A DNA stretch of 43,747 nucleotides from a virus: IMG/VR virus record IMGVR_UViG_3300022696_000100, one strand, 5' to 3'. Made by a program: the position numbers and the translations under genes. The stretch's first letter is position 1. Every line of letters starts with the position of its first letter. Positions 1 through 8,941 of this stretch are shown here, piece after piece. Below the pieces are notes generated by a model. It was not told where the DNA came from and searched no databases. It saw nothing but the letters and a program-made list of their open reading frames with translations.

Positions 1-99
1 TAACGCAGAAAAATCGTCTGAAATATCTACAAAGGAGCCGGCTTGCAGTGACATATACACATAGTTTTCCAATGAAGTAAAAGACCGCCTCATTGCCTG
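1..99. repeat. Terminal direct repeat, copy 1 (identical to 43649..43747); circular-assembly overlap or true terminal redundancy
   Basis: Bases 1-99 (taacgcagaaaaatcgtctg...cattgcctg) recur exactly at 43649-43747, compared base by base. Confidence 0.95.
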
Positions 100-2061
100 A
101 AATTTTGTGTATGATTTGTCTGCTGGCATTACGGCTGGATTAAAGCCTCTAATATCTTTATGCCGTAAATACCAGATGAAAGCATCCCCTTCGCCCAGCT
201 TGATCTTATTGGCCAGATGTTCAAAATAATCGTGGTCACCAGCATATTTGTTATCACAATCTAGAAAGCAATAACGTCTATCACCCGCTTCCACTGGCAC
301 CGGCCATTCTTCATTAGATAAGCACATGAGATGTGTGAAGTTATTTATCTGCCGCGCATCAGCATACTTACGTTCACTCACAACTGTCGGATCTGTAATA
401 AGTGATTTAAGAAAAGACCGAGCATCTTTATGCCCACTCCATACTGCTTCGGTAAGAACCGTAAAAATTGATTCAGCAATCAGTGAGTTAAAATTGCCTG
501 TGATATGTCGGTCAGTTGATAAAGCAATTCCGTGGGGGCCGAATGCTTTAACCAGAATATCAGCAATAATATTCTTACCTGCTCCCTGACGGTCGCTCTT
601 AATTGCCAAGCATGTCTTACCGGGTGTACCTGGGTACTGGAACATATGTGCCAACCAGTCGGTAACATATTCATATAGATCTTTGTCATGTTTGCACCAG
701 ACCTCTTTAATATGTGTGCGGATAGTAGACCAATCACCTTCAGCACCTGGATTGGATAGGCCAAGGTAAGTATTAAGGTATTCCGAATCCGGCAGTACCT
801 CAGGGTCTCCTTGGTCTATAACTATGTCCTTATGCGGTTTAAACCTCATTCCCATATACTGTTTCCGGTGTTCCCATTTGCGCCATTGGGTGAATACATT
901 GAGCATTTTAAAGTTGAATTCACGGTTTGCAGCAGTTGAAGGGACCAGAGTAGGAATTAACTTATTGTCATACCAAAGCTCCATAGCCTTTACATCAGAA
1001 AATTGTAATGAATAATCGTCCTGTTCATTTAACGTTTTCTGAACCATTTTTAGACCGCCGCCATATCTACACATAGCGTGAGTGCGGTTCATGTGGCTAA
1101 AAACATGATACCGTTCCTGCCGTATCCAGTGCCATGCTATTGGATCCTCACTTTGATACTGACCATCCCAACCGCTTTCCTTGGCCAGCTTATACAATGT
1201 ACCAACAGTAATAGGGCGGCCAGTTCTCTGATTAAAGGATGTCCATTTATGAGGCCAATCATTTTCATTAAAATTTGCGCCAAGTTTACTCCATGTCTTA
1301 AACATCTTATAACCTTCATTACTACCAGAAGAAGCATGGTGTATAGCCATTCCGATCCTTAGCCATGTGTCGTAATCACAGTTAGGATCGAGGGCCCTTA
1401 GTGCCGAGTAAATCTTAGCACAGAGAAAAGGCTGCTTGGGAGCTTTGAAATCAGGTAAATCATCAACTGTGATTTTATTACCCTCAAGCTTTTCAACTAA
1501 AGTTTCCCAGACATATCGGTAACCTTTCATCTGTACAAGTTCCACCCTGGTAGGGATGTCACGTTTCCAATTAAGAAAGCCAGGGAGTCTAAGGACCCTG
1601 GCTATATCTTTCACTGCTTTATCACTTCCAAGTTTTATCAAAAACTCCATCATTGCAGAAAATTGATTTTCGATTTCCTTTGATAGAGTTACTTTGTTTG
1701 AAAGCAAATAGTACATATGCCCTCTCCCCTTACTGGTTTTGACAACCATTGTGGGTTTAATGGGCACAACAGCAGGATCAATCCCGTCGTCGTTCTCAAA
1801 GAAAAGACCCCGAATAGCCGTGATATTCTCCTTCTTCCGGCCGCCGAGGTCTGTATCTTGTACGGTGACGTAAACTCCTGCGCCTTGGTCGTTCAGCATG
1901 CAAAGCTGATCCCAAAATTCTTCCAGCGTACCATTCATAATCCTCGTCAAACGAGGATTTTTTTCTGACGTATTGTCAAACGTTTGAAAGGTAAAGCTAT
2001 CGGTTGATGGGTCGAGCAGCTTTAGAAACTGCTCTGCATGTTGCCTGTGGGGGTCTGTCAT
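1..2061 (-). CDS. Primase-polymerase / PriCT-2-like / D5-like SF3 helicase fusion protein, N-terminal 687 codons; continues at 43747..43355 (784 aa in the circle)
   Basis: I translated the minus strand by hand from ATG at 2061 (AAGGAGG about 9 nt upstream). It stays open to base 1. Sequence: MTDPHRQHAEQFLKLLDPSTDSFTFQTFDN..GAGVYVTVQDTDLGGRKKENI..VLRLPGFLNWKR (prim-pol-like); CDYDTWLRIGMAIHH..MFKTWSKLG (PriCT-2-like); QYPGTPGKTCLAIKSDRQGAGKNII (Walker A). The frame joins the 43355..43741 ORF through the repeat. It is absent from the ORF track only because no stop lies in the window. Confidence 0.85.
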   Translation of the reverse strand, partial: MTDPHRQHAEQFLKLLDPSTDSFTFQTFDNTSEKNPRLTRIMNGTLEEFWDQLCMLNDQGAGVYVTVQDTDLGGRKKENITAIRGLFFENDDGIDPAVVPIKPTMVVKTSKGRGHMYYLLSNKVTLSKEIENQFSAMMEFLIKLGSDKAVKDIARVLRLPGFLNWKRDIPTRVELVQMKGYRYVWETLVEKLEGNKITVDDLPDFKAPKQPFLCAKIYSALRALDPNCDYDTWLRIGMAIHHASSGSNEGYKMFKTWSKLGANFNENDWPHKWTSFNQRTGRPITVGTLYKLAKESGWDGQYQSEDPIAWHWIRQERYHVFSHMNRTHAMCRYGGGLKMVQKTLNEQDDYSLQFSDVKAMELWYDNKLIPTLVPSTAANREFNFKMLNVFTQWRKWEHRKQYMGMRFKPHKDIVIDQGDPEVLPDSEYLNTYLGLSNPGAEGDWSTIRTHIKEVWCKHDKDLYEYVTDWLAHMFQYPGTPGKTCLAIKSDRQGAGKNIIADILVKAFGPHGIALSTDRHITGNFNSLIAESIFTVLTEAVWSGHKDARSFLKSLITDPTVVSERKYADARQINNFTHLMCLSNEEWPVPVEAGDRRYCFLDCDNKYAGDHDYFEHLANKIKLGEGDAFIWYLRHKDIRGFNPAVMPADKSYTKFQAMRRSFTSLENYVYMSLQAGSFVDISDDFSAL

Positions 2062-2186
2062 ACCATTTTACCTCCTTTGTATTAAGCGTTTACGTTAAGT
2101 ACAATATATGGTACATACATAATGTCACTGGTTGAAGCTGTGGGGGCAATATACCAGAGATACTGCCATTTTTTCCTTCTTGAATG

Positions 2187-2226
2187 CACATCCTCTTCGA
2201 ACTTTGAAGAGGATGTGTTTCTCTTT
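2187..2226 (+). terminator. Intrinsic-terminator-like hairpin in the divergent intergenic region
   Basis: Perfect 12-bp stem CACATCCTCTTC (2187-2198) / GAAGAGGATGTG (2206-2217), 7-nt loop, followed by tttctcttt on the + strand. Confidence 0.4.
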
Positions 2227-2349
2227 CCGAACCCGTTAGCCATTATAATAGGTTAACATAATTGAATAAAAAAGTAAACTCTTATTTTATTCCCAAGAAA
2301 ATCAACTCCGTTTTGCACAGAAAAAAGTTTACTTGGATTTACATTTTTA

Positions 2350-2378
2350 TTTACTTTTTAAATTCATTATGTTATACT
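2350..2378 (+). promoter_or_regulatory. Sigma70-like promoter for the replication/nucleotide block
   Basis: TTTACT (2350-2355), 17-nt spacer, TATACT (2373-2378), about 40 nt upstream of the first + gene. Same architecture as the promoter at 39415. Confidence 0.45.
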
Positions 2379-2420
2379 AACTATAGATAATTTTTATTAA
2401 CCCCAACTAAAGGAGGAAGT

Positions 2421-2774
2421 ATGAGTTTAGAGCAGCAGTTACAAGCATTAACAATCGCTATATCTGGTTTAACAGAGGCGATGGCAAACGGGACCGGCTT
2501 TCATAGCGGGGCAGGAAATGCAGAACCCGCCCCCGATGTGGAACCGGAAAACACGCAAGAGGCAGATCCTACCGGGCTGTTTGATGATGTAGACGTGGAT
2601 ACGTCCAAAGAATACACCATCACCGACATCCGTAAGGCCCTTGCAAAACTTGTCGATTCCAGAGGCGAAAGCACTGCAATCGACGTACTGGCCAAATTTG
2701 ATGCCAAAAAGTTGTCCGACATCAAGGAAGCGGACTACGCGAAGTTCGTGGCGGTGGTTGAAAAGGAGGTATAA
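2421..2774 (+). CDS. Hypothetical acidic protein (117 aa)
   Basis: AAAGGAGG 6 nt upstream of the ATG. First gene of the + block. No family recognised. Confidence 0.7.
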   Translation: MSLEQQLQALTIAISGLTEAMANGTGFHSGAGNAEPAPDVEPENTQEADPTGLFDDVDVDTSKEYTITDIRKALAKLVDSRGESTAIDVLAKFDAKKLSDIKEADYAKFVAVVEKEV

Positions 2775-2777
2775 ATT

Positions 2778-4010
2778 ATGCCCCCTCAGAAACATTCCAG
2801 ATTTGGCCCCAGCAGTAGCGGCAGATGGATACCCTGCCCCGGATCTGTTGGGCTTCAGACGTACGGTAAGGGAAGCGGTTCTATTTATGCAGCGGAAGGC
2901 ACATTGATGCATAATATTTCAGAGGATTGCTTGTTAAACCCGGATGTAGCACCCGGGACTTTCGTAGGACAAACTTTTAATGTCGATGGCTATGACATAG
3001 AGTTTACACAGGAATTTGCTGATGCTGTTCAATTCTACTTGGATGCAGTTTGGAACCTCAAAGATGATTATCCAGATTCAACCCTTACAGTCGAGGAACG
3101 CGTCAATCTCGGCTACTATGGTAAGGAGTTCGAAAATATCTTCGGAACCGCTGATGCGATCATTAATCAACAGTTCGGGGTTCTCGTGGTGGCTGACCTC
3201 AAAGGAGGAAAAGGAGTATCTGTTGCAGCTGACTCTTCGCAGCCTAAATTGTATGCAGTTATGGCAGCAGGGAAATTGCTCGAAACCTATGAAAAAATTG
3301 TAACCGTTATTATCCAACCGCGTGACCGCACCGGTGAATATTACAAGGTGGCGGAACACGATCCAGCCGATCTCAAGGCATGGGTGGAAGATACCGTGCT
3401 GCCGGCAATTAGGAACGGCCGGTCAGACAATCCAACCTTCTGCGCCTCTGAAGCCGCATGCCGCTGGTGCGAAGCTTCCGGTCAATGTAAGTATCAGGCC
3501 GAGCTGGCATTCAAAGTGGCTGTCGATGACTTTGACATCGACGATCTTGAAAACACAACTGAAGAAAATCTAACCGCAAGACAAACTCCCCCAGGGTTGA
3601 TTGAAGACGACCAATTCTACAAGATTCTAGAACTTTCCAAATTCATCCAGGACTGGGTAGCCTCAGTCAAGACGGTAGCAAAAGAAAAACTGGAAAAGGG
3701 ACAGTTCCTGAAAAAATTGAAATTGGTTGAGGGACGATCAAACAGAACTTGGGACCCTGAACAGGATATCGAAAAAATCCTGAAGACCAAAGTACGCTTC
3801 AAAGTTAGTGAAATATATGAGAAGAAACTTCGGTCGCCAACCCAGCTAATGAAAATTGTCCCTAAAAAGAAAAAGGAAATGGTCGAAGCATTGATCATTA
3901 AACCCAAGGGGAAACCTACGGTGGCTTTCGAGTCGGATAAACGCCCGGCAATTAAGCCCACCAAAACTGCAGATACTGACTTTGAGGATATAGGAGGTAT
4001 CTTTGACTAA
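2778..4010 (+). CDS. PD-(D/E)XK nuclease, DUF2800 / Cas4-RecB-like with Cys cluster
   Basis: N-terminal FGPSSSGRWIPCPGS, the core ADLKGGKG motif and the C-terminal CASEAACRWCEASGQC cysteine cluster are typical of DUF2800 phage nucleases. Strong SD. Confidence 0.75.
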   Translation: MPPQKHSRFGPSSSGRWIPCPGSVGLQTYGKGSGSIYAAEGTLMHNISEDCLLNPDVAPGTFVGQTFNVDGYDIEFTQEFADAVQFYLDAVWNLKDDYPDSTLTVEERVNLGYYGKEFENIFGTADAIINQQFGVLVVADLKGGKGVSVAADSSQPKLYAVMAAGKLLETYEKIVTVIIQPRDRTGEYYKVAEHDPADLKAWVEDTVLPAIRNGRSDNPTFCASEAACRWCEASGQCKYQAELAFKVAVDDFDIDDLENTTEENLTARQTPPGLIEDDQFYKILELSKFIQDWVASVKTVAKEKLEKGQFLKKLKLVEGRSNRTWDPEQDIEKILKTKVRFKVSEIYEKKLRSPTQLMKIVPKKKKEMVEALIIKPKGKPTVAFESDKRPAIKPTKTADTDFEDIGGIFD

Positions 4011-4188
4011 GTACCGTGATATACTATGCCCAACCCATAAGATCATGTATGGGAAGCATTTAACCCTATGCCCCATATGTGTTGGAGAAACTATGGGCCC
4101 AGCCGAAACGAGTTATAAGCCAAAACTATTAAAACCGTCAAAAGCCAAAAAAGAAGGCAGACTGACAAAACATTACATTCTTGATTAA
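4003..4188 (+). CDS. Small putative zinc-ribbon protein (61 aa, TTG start)
   Basis: AGGAGGT lies 5 nt upstream of the TTG. Contains CPTH..CPIC. Fills an otherwise empty gap. Confidence 0.45.
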   Translation: MTKYRDILCPTHKIMYGKHLTLCPICVGETMGPAETSYKPKLLKPSKAKKEGRLTKHYILD

Positions 4189-4197
4189 GGAGAACCT

Positions 4198-4818
4198 ATG
4201 AAAGATACAGAAGGATTTGCCAAAACAGCTAAAAAAGTCGTAACCCCCGTGGCCCGTGCATCTTACGCTCGGCTACTGGAACCAGCCGAATCATTGAACG
4301 GGGATATGAAATACTCCGTTTCTTTGCTTTTCGAATCGGATGCTGACCTCTCTGTTATGAAGAAGGCAGCCGCCAACGCCCTCATTGAGAAGTGGGGGCC
4401 CGATAAGGAAAATTGGCCCAAAAACCTCCGCAGCCCCTTCCGTGACGGCAGCGACAAGGATGACCCCCTTTACGACGGAATTACTTTCGTCAATGTGTCA
4501 TCTGTTGAGCAGCCTGAAATTGTCAAAAAGGTAGGGAATGTTAGCGTTCCTCTGACATCCGCCAATGAAGTATATTCCGGGATGTATATCAGAACATCGC
4601 TGACTGCCTTTGCTTATGATAAAAAAGGCAACAGGGGCGTTTCGTTCGGCCTGAACAACGTTCTGAAAGTTAGGGACGGGGACAGGTTGGACGGTAGGAC
4701 AAATGCAGATACCGACTTCAAGGACTTCGAAGGTGATGATCCTATTGAGCAAGCCGGTGAAGCAGCTGAAGCCGCCAACACTGGCAGCACGTCGGCTGCT
4801 GAAGATCTGTTTGCCTAA
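4198..4818 (+). CDS. DUF2815-type ssDNA-binding-like protein
   Basis: Sits between the DUF2800 nuclease and PolA, as in known DUF2800/DUF2815/PolA modules. Has an acidic C-terminal tail (DDPIEQAGEAAEAA..EDLFA) like SSB tails. Confidence 0.6.
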   Translation: MKDTEGFAKTAKKVVTPVARASYARLLEPAESLNGDMKYSVSLLFESDADLSVMKKAAANALIEKWGPDKENWPKNLRSPFRDGSDKDDPLYDGITFVNVSSVEQPEIVKKVGNVSVPLTSANEVYSGMYIRTSLTAFAYDKKGNRGVSFGLNNVLKVRDGDRLDGRTNADTDFKDFEGDDPIEQAGEAAEAANTGSTSAAEDLFA

Positions 4819-4830
4819 ACCCTTAAAAAT

Positions 4831-4857
4831 GCAGCTCCTGGTTATGCCAGGAGCTGC
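4831..4857 (+). promoter_or_regulatory. Stem-loop abutting the polA ribosome-binding site
   Basis: GCAGCTCCTGG (4831-4841), TTATG loop, CCAGGAGCTGC (4847-4857). Followed directly by AGGAGG and the GTG start at 4875. No T-tract. Confidence 0.5.
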
Positions 4858-4874
4858 AGGAGGTTACCAATATA

Positions 4875-7037
4875 GTGCCCCGTATATCTACAGCCGATAA
4901 GGCAAAACTCGATAAGCTGTTTAATATGGCGACCATGAGGGGTAACACCTATGAGCAGAAGGTTGCCTTACATATGTTAAATGATAGATGTAAACGGCTA
5001 GGAATTAAAGCCGTTGATCTATATGATTTTCCTAAGCCGCCAAGCAATGGGAAGGTTATACATCTTGATTATGAAACATACTCCGCTATAAATATCCAGT
5101 CTGCAGGTGCTTGGATATATTCACAAGACGTTAGTACAGATCTCATATGTTTAGCGTGGTGCTACAATGACGAAGACCCTTTAATCTGGCGAAATAATAT
5201 GTATCATCTTGATGCAGACAGTCATAAGCTGGACGTATTATTTGACTGTGTTAGAGATGGTTGGGAATTGCATGCATGGAACGCGCAGTTTGAGTATTAT
5301 ATATGGAATTACGTAGCCGCTCCTAAATTTGGGTGGCCTAGGGTACCAATTGAACAGTTTCACGATTCACAAGCTTTGGCCCTATCCCTGGCATTGCCCA
5401 TGACATTGGAAGCGTGCGGCGCTGCCTTAAATTTAGATATACAAAAGGATAAATCAGGTAAGAGGTTAATCAATAAGCTATCAAAACCCCGGAAACCTAC
5501 GAAGTATAACCCGGCTATTAGATGGCTTTACGATGATGCTGTTGATGATTACGAGGATATGTATGCCTATTGTTTACAAGACGTTAGGTCTGAACGGGCA
5601 ATATGTGATGTGTTACCTATTAGTTATCTCCCCGGATATGAACGCCGGCTGTGGGTAGAAACAGTCAAGATTAACGACAAAGGCGTGCCGGTAGATATAG
5701 ATACGGTAAACAATATTCATGGTATCCTTAAAGAGTATGAACGTGAACAAGTTGCAAAGTTAGGAAAGATAACAAATAACGAGGTAACAACCCCAGGGCA
5801 AACCTCCCGTATGAGGACATGGTTTGAAGAAAAACACGGGGTATTACTTCCCAACATGACAGCGGAAACGGTGAGTAAAGCCTTAGAAGATCCTGCTTTA
5901 CCGAAACCCGTGCACAACGTTCTTAATATCCGGCGGTTAATGTCCAGAACATCGACTAAAAAGTATGACCGGATATTGGATATGATTGACGATGAAGGAT
6001 TTGTCCATGACATCATTAGATACCATATTGCAACAACTGGTAGATGGGGCGGTTCAGGACTACAGGTCCACAATCTACCGAATGCTAAGGTGGATGATCC
6101 TGATCTTGTTTCCCGCATTGCTCGTTATCAGTCTTTACGTCTATTTCTACTGTTTTACGATGACCCTATGTTCGTTGGTTCAGCAATGGTTCGACCTATT
6201 GTACGAGCTAAACTCGGCTATAAACTCTATGTTTCGGACTTTACATCCATAGAAAATCGAGTTGTCTGCTGGCTAGCTGGGGATGAAGAGGCGCTTAGAT
6301 TATTTCGGGACCACGTTGACCAGTATAAATGGTTTGCAACTAAACTCTATTACGGGGTGGCTTACGATGATGTTACAAAACACCAGCGAACTCATGCTAA
6401 GACGTGTATCCTTGGGCTCGGGTACGGCATGGGTGTTGATAAATTCTACGAGACATGTGTCAGTTATGGATTCGATATTACCTATGCAGAATGTAAACGC
6501 TCCGTTGATTTGTACCGTGAAATATTTAATTCCATTGTACGTCTATGGTACCGCAGCTATGAATTAGCAATGAGAACCGTTAAGACAGGGGAAGCAACTG
6601 AGTATTTACATCTTAAATTTAGAAAAGAAGGCAAATACTTTTATATGATCCTACCCTCCGGTAGAAAAATTAATTATTATGATGCCCGGGTGGAACCAGT
6701 TGAAACCCCGTGGGGAGAAACTAAACCCGGTATCACCTTTATGGGCCACCAACCTTATACTAGAAAATGGGGACGCCTTAAATTAATTCCCGGCCGGCTG
6801 ATAGAAAATGCTGCACAGGGGATGGCCAGAGACGTTATGGCAGAAGCTAAATTGAGGCTAATAGACAAAGGTTATAATGTAATATTCTCGGTCCATGATG
6901 AAATCGTATCCCATGACCCTATTGATTACGGCAGTCTTGCAGAATTTGATGAGATTATGTGTGATACTAATTATAACATTTATCCCGGGTTACCCATTGA
7001 TTCGGAGGGCTTCGTCACAAACAGGTATAAAAAATAA
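4875..7037 (+). CDS. Family-A DNA polymerase with 3'-5' exonuclease domain (GTG start)
   Basis: Exo I-like HLDYETYS. Motif B-like HAKTCILGLGYGMG. Motif C-like FSVHDEIV. 720 aa. Confidence 0.85.
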   Translation: MPRISTADKAKLDKLFNMATMRGNTYEQKVALHMLNDRCKRLGIKAVDLYDFPKPPSNGKVIHLDYETYSAINIQSAGAWIYSQDVSTDLICLAWCYNDEDPLIWRNNMYHLDADSHKLDVLFDCVRDGWELHAWNAQFEYYIWNYVAAPKFGWPRVPIEQFHDSQALALSLALPMTLEACGAALNLDIQKDKSGKRLINKLSKPRKPTKYNPAIRWLYDDAVDDYEDMYAYCLQDVRSERAICDVLPISYLPGYERRLWVETVKINDKGVPVDIDTVNNIHGILKEYEREQVAKLGKITNNEVTTPGQTSRMRTWFEEKHGVLLPNMTAETVSKALEDPALPKPVHNVLNIRRLMSRTSTKKYDRILDMIDDEGFVHDIIRYHIATTGRWGGSGLQVHNLPNAKVDDPDLVSRIARYQSLRLFLLFYDDPMFVGSAMVRPIVRAKLGYKLYVSDFTSIENRVVCWLAGDEEALRLFRDHVDQYKWFATKLYYGVAYDDVTKHQRTHAKTCILGLGYGMGVDKFYETCVSYGFDITYAECKRSVDLYREIFNSIVRLWYRSYELAMRTVKTGEATEYLHLKFRKEGKYFYMILPSGRKINYYDARVEPVETPWGETKPGITFMGHQPYTRKWGRLKLIPGRLIENAAQGMARDVMAEAKLRLIDKGYNVIFSVHDEIVSHDPIDYGSLAEFDEIMCDTNYNIYPGLPIDSEGFVTNRYKK

Positions 7038-7243
7038 TGGCGCAACCCAAGTACGAAACAAAGTTCGACGGTATGGAGGAAGAAATAGAAGCATACTGCC
7101 CCCGATGTCAATGTATTCATAAGGCCTTTCTTTACTGGACAGGCAAAGGGCGTCCTCGAGTATACTGTAGATCATGCAGACAGTCTGCTGGGTCCCATAA
7201 AGAAATGCCAGATGCCCTAATTGGAGGTAGACGATGGACTTGA
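7037..7243 (+). CDS. Small zinc-ribbon protein (68 aa)
   Basis: CPRCQC..CRSC. TAATG overlap with the polA stop. Confidence 0.5.
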   Translation: MAQPKYETKFDGMEEEIEAYCPRCQCIHKAFLYWTGKGRPRVYCRSCRQSAGSHKEMPDALIGGRRWT

Positions 7244-7578
7244 TTATTCCGGAATTTTTATCACATGTTAAAATCACCAAGGCTGATATCCAGCAAGCGG
7301 CCCCCAAGATCAAGAACTGGCTGCGAATGTTCGACATCTACAAGGAGCTAGACAAACAGGAAATTGAAAAATATATGCTCATTGAGGTGAATTACAAGCA
7401 GAGGAAATCTGTCTTAGACCGCCTGCTGGGACGATACGCAAAATTGGTTAAAGCAGAAATGGCTGAGGAATTAACCACCGTAATGGGGACAGAATTCAGG
7501 ACGGGGTATATTACACCCGTCAATGAAGAAATCGACCGGATCATTAAAGAAAATAGAAATGAAAATATCCCCGCATAA
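7234..7578 (+). CDS. Hypothetical protein (114 aa)
   Basis: ORF in an operon context. No family recognised. Confidence 0.5.
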   Translation: MDLIIPEFLSHVKITKADIQQAAPKIKNWLRMFDIYKELDKQEIEKYMLIEVNYKQRKSVLDRLLGRYAKLVKAEMAEELTTVMGTEFRTGYITPVNEEIDRIIKENRNENIPA

Positions 7579-8941
7579 ATACCAGGTCAAGGCTGTACAG
7601 CATTGGTTGGACAACCCTTGCTCTGCCCTATTTTTAGATATGGGGTTAGGCAAAACAGTTATCAGTCTTACCGGGATTAGCAATCTATTACGCCAGAAGC
7701 AGTCCAAGGGCTTCTTGATTATGGCGCCTTTAAGGGTAATATATAATGTTTGGCCTCTAGAAATTGAAAAGTGGAATCATCTTAGGCACTTATCCTATGG
7801 GATTCTCCACGGAGATAACAAAGATGCAGAATTAAAAATCAAACGGGATATATACCTCATCAATTATGAAGGATTAAAATGGCTCTATAATAAATGGAGA
7901 CGTGTGCCTAAAAGGCAGCTACCAGTTGACGGTATTATCTTCGATGAGTCTACGTCGGTAAAGAGTAGAACAACTGCCCGTTTTAAAATGCTGCGTATGA
8001 TGATAAGGGTATTTAAGTATAGGCTCATATTAACTGGTACCCCGGCACCTAATTCACTATTAGACCTATGGGCCCAGTACTACCTCCTTGATGGCGGGGA
8101 TAGGCTGTTCAATAGCTGGTATTCATACCGCAATTATTTCTTCTATCAAGCAGATTATCAGGGCTATAAGTGGGAAGCACGTGAAGGTGCATCTGTTCAA
8201 ATTAGCCAGAAAGTGAAAGATATCACAATGCGTCTCAAGGCAGAGGATTACCTCGACATGCCGAAGTTATTCATAAATGACGTTTTGTGTCAACTTCCAA
8301 GAAAATTGAAATCTGAATACGATCAGCTAGAAGAAGAATTTATTATTCGAATTAGTGATCAAACTATTACAGCAGCCAACGCTGCAGTCCTATCTGCTAA
8401 ACTACGGCAGTTCGTATCAGGGGCTATGTATACAGAAGAAGGAGGCTTAGCCCGTACACATGATGTGAAACTTGATACTTTACAGGAGGTCATAGAAGAT
8501 GACAAATCAGAACCTATCCTCATTGGAATTAACTTCCGATTTGAGTATGATCTTATCAAAACTCGGTTTCCAACTGTCCCCGTCGTTTACGGAGGAATTG
8601 ATCAGCGAACTTCGTCCCGTCTTATTAAACAGTGGAATGAAAAACGACTGCCTCTTCTTGTTGTGCATCCACTTTCTATCGCGCACGGGATTAACCTTCA
8701 ATCAGGCGGTAGAAAACTTATATGGTATAGCATTCCGTGGTCATTCGAACAGTACACCCAACTTAACCATAGACTCTATCGTCAAGGACAAACAAAGCCG
8801 GTCATTATTAATAGAATCATTGCTAGGGAAACAGTCGACGTAAGAGTGGCAAACGGTTTGTCACATAAAGAAGCTGAGGAAAAATCTTTCCTCAATAACC
8901 TTCTATCCAATTTAAGGAGGAAATATGGGATACAAAAGTAA
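7523..8941 (+). CDS. SNF2-family (SF2) helicase/ATPase; true start may be the ATG at 7559
   Basis: PHKYQ..LDMGLGKT (motif I), IFDESTSVKS (motif II), LILTGTPAPN (motif III), and C-terminal helicase motifs (HGINLQ, RLYRQGQ). Confidence 0.85.
   Translation: MKKSTGSLKKIEMKISPHKYQVKAVQHWLDNPCSALFLDMGLGKTVISLTGISNLLRQKQSKGFLIMAPLRVIYNVWPLEIEKWNHLRHLSYGILHGDNKDAELKIKRDIYLINYEGLKWLYNKWRRVPKRQLPVDGIIFDESTSVKSRTTARFKMLRMMIRVFKYRLILTGTPAPNSLLDLWAQYYLLDGGDRLFNSWYSYRNYFFYQADYQGYKWEAREGASVQISQKVKDITMRLKAEDYLDMPKLFINDVLCQLPRKLKSEYDQLEEEFIIRISDQTITAANAAVLSAKLRQFVSGAMYTEEGGLARTHDVKLDTLQEVIEDDKSEPILIGINFRFEYDLIKTRFPTVPVVYGGIDQRTSSRLIKQWNEKRLPLLVVHPLSIAHGINLQSGGRKLIWYSIPWSFEQYTQLNHRLYRQGQTKPVIINRIIARETVDVRVANGLSHKEAEEKSFLNNLLSNLRRKYGIQK

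Noticed and set aside
120-181. I briefly read a frameshifted or stop-interrupted primase-helicase near 120-181.
   Set aside because: It was my own transcription error at a line boundary. Re-reading the bases gives a continuous ..GEGDAFIWYLRHKDIRGFNPAVMPADKSY.. frame.
1-2420. An apparent 2-kb ORF desert at the left end, which might suggest non-coding DNA, a recoded stop codon or a pseudogene.
   Set aside because: Hand translation of the minus strand shows one uninterrupted standard-code ORF from 2061 to base 1. It is missing from the track only because its stop lies beyond the window edge (at 43355 in the circle). The short listed ORFs at 326..589, 480..764, 824..1015, 1078..1362, 1137..1337 and 1717..1968 are off-frame shadows.
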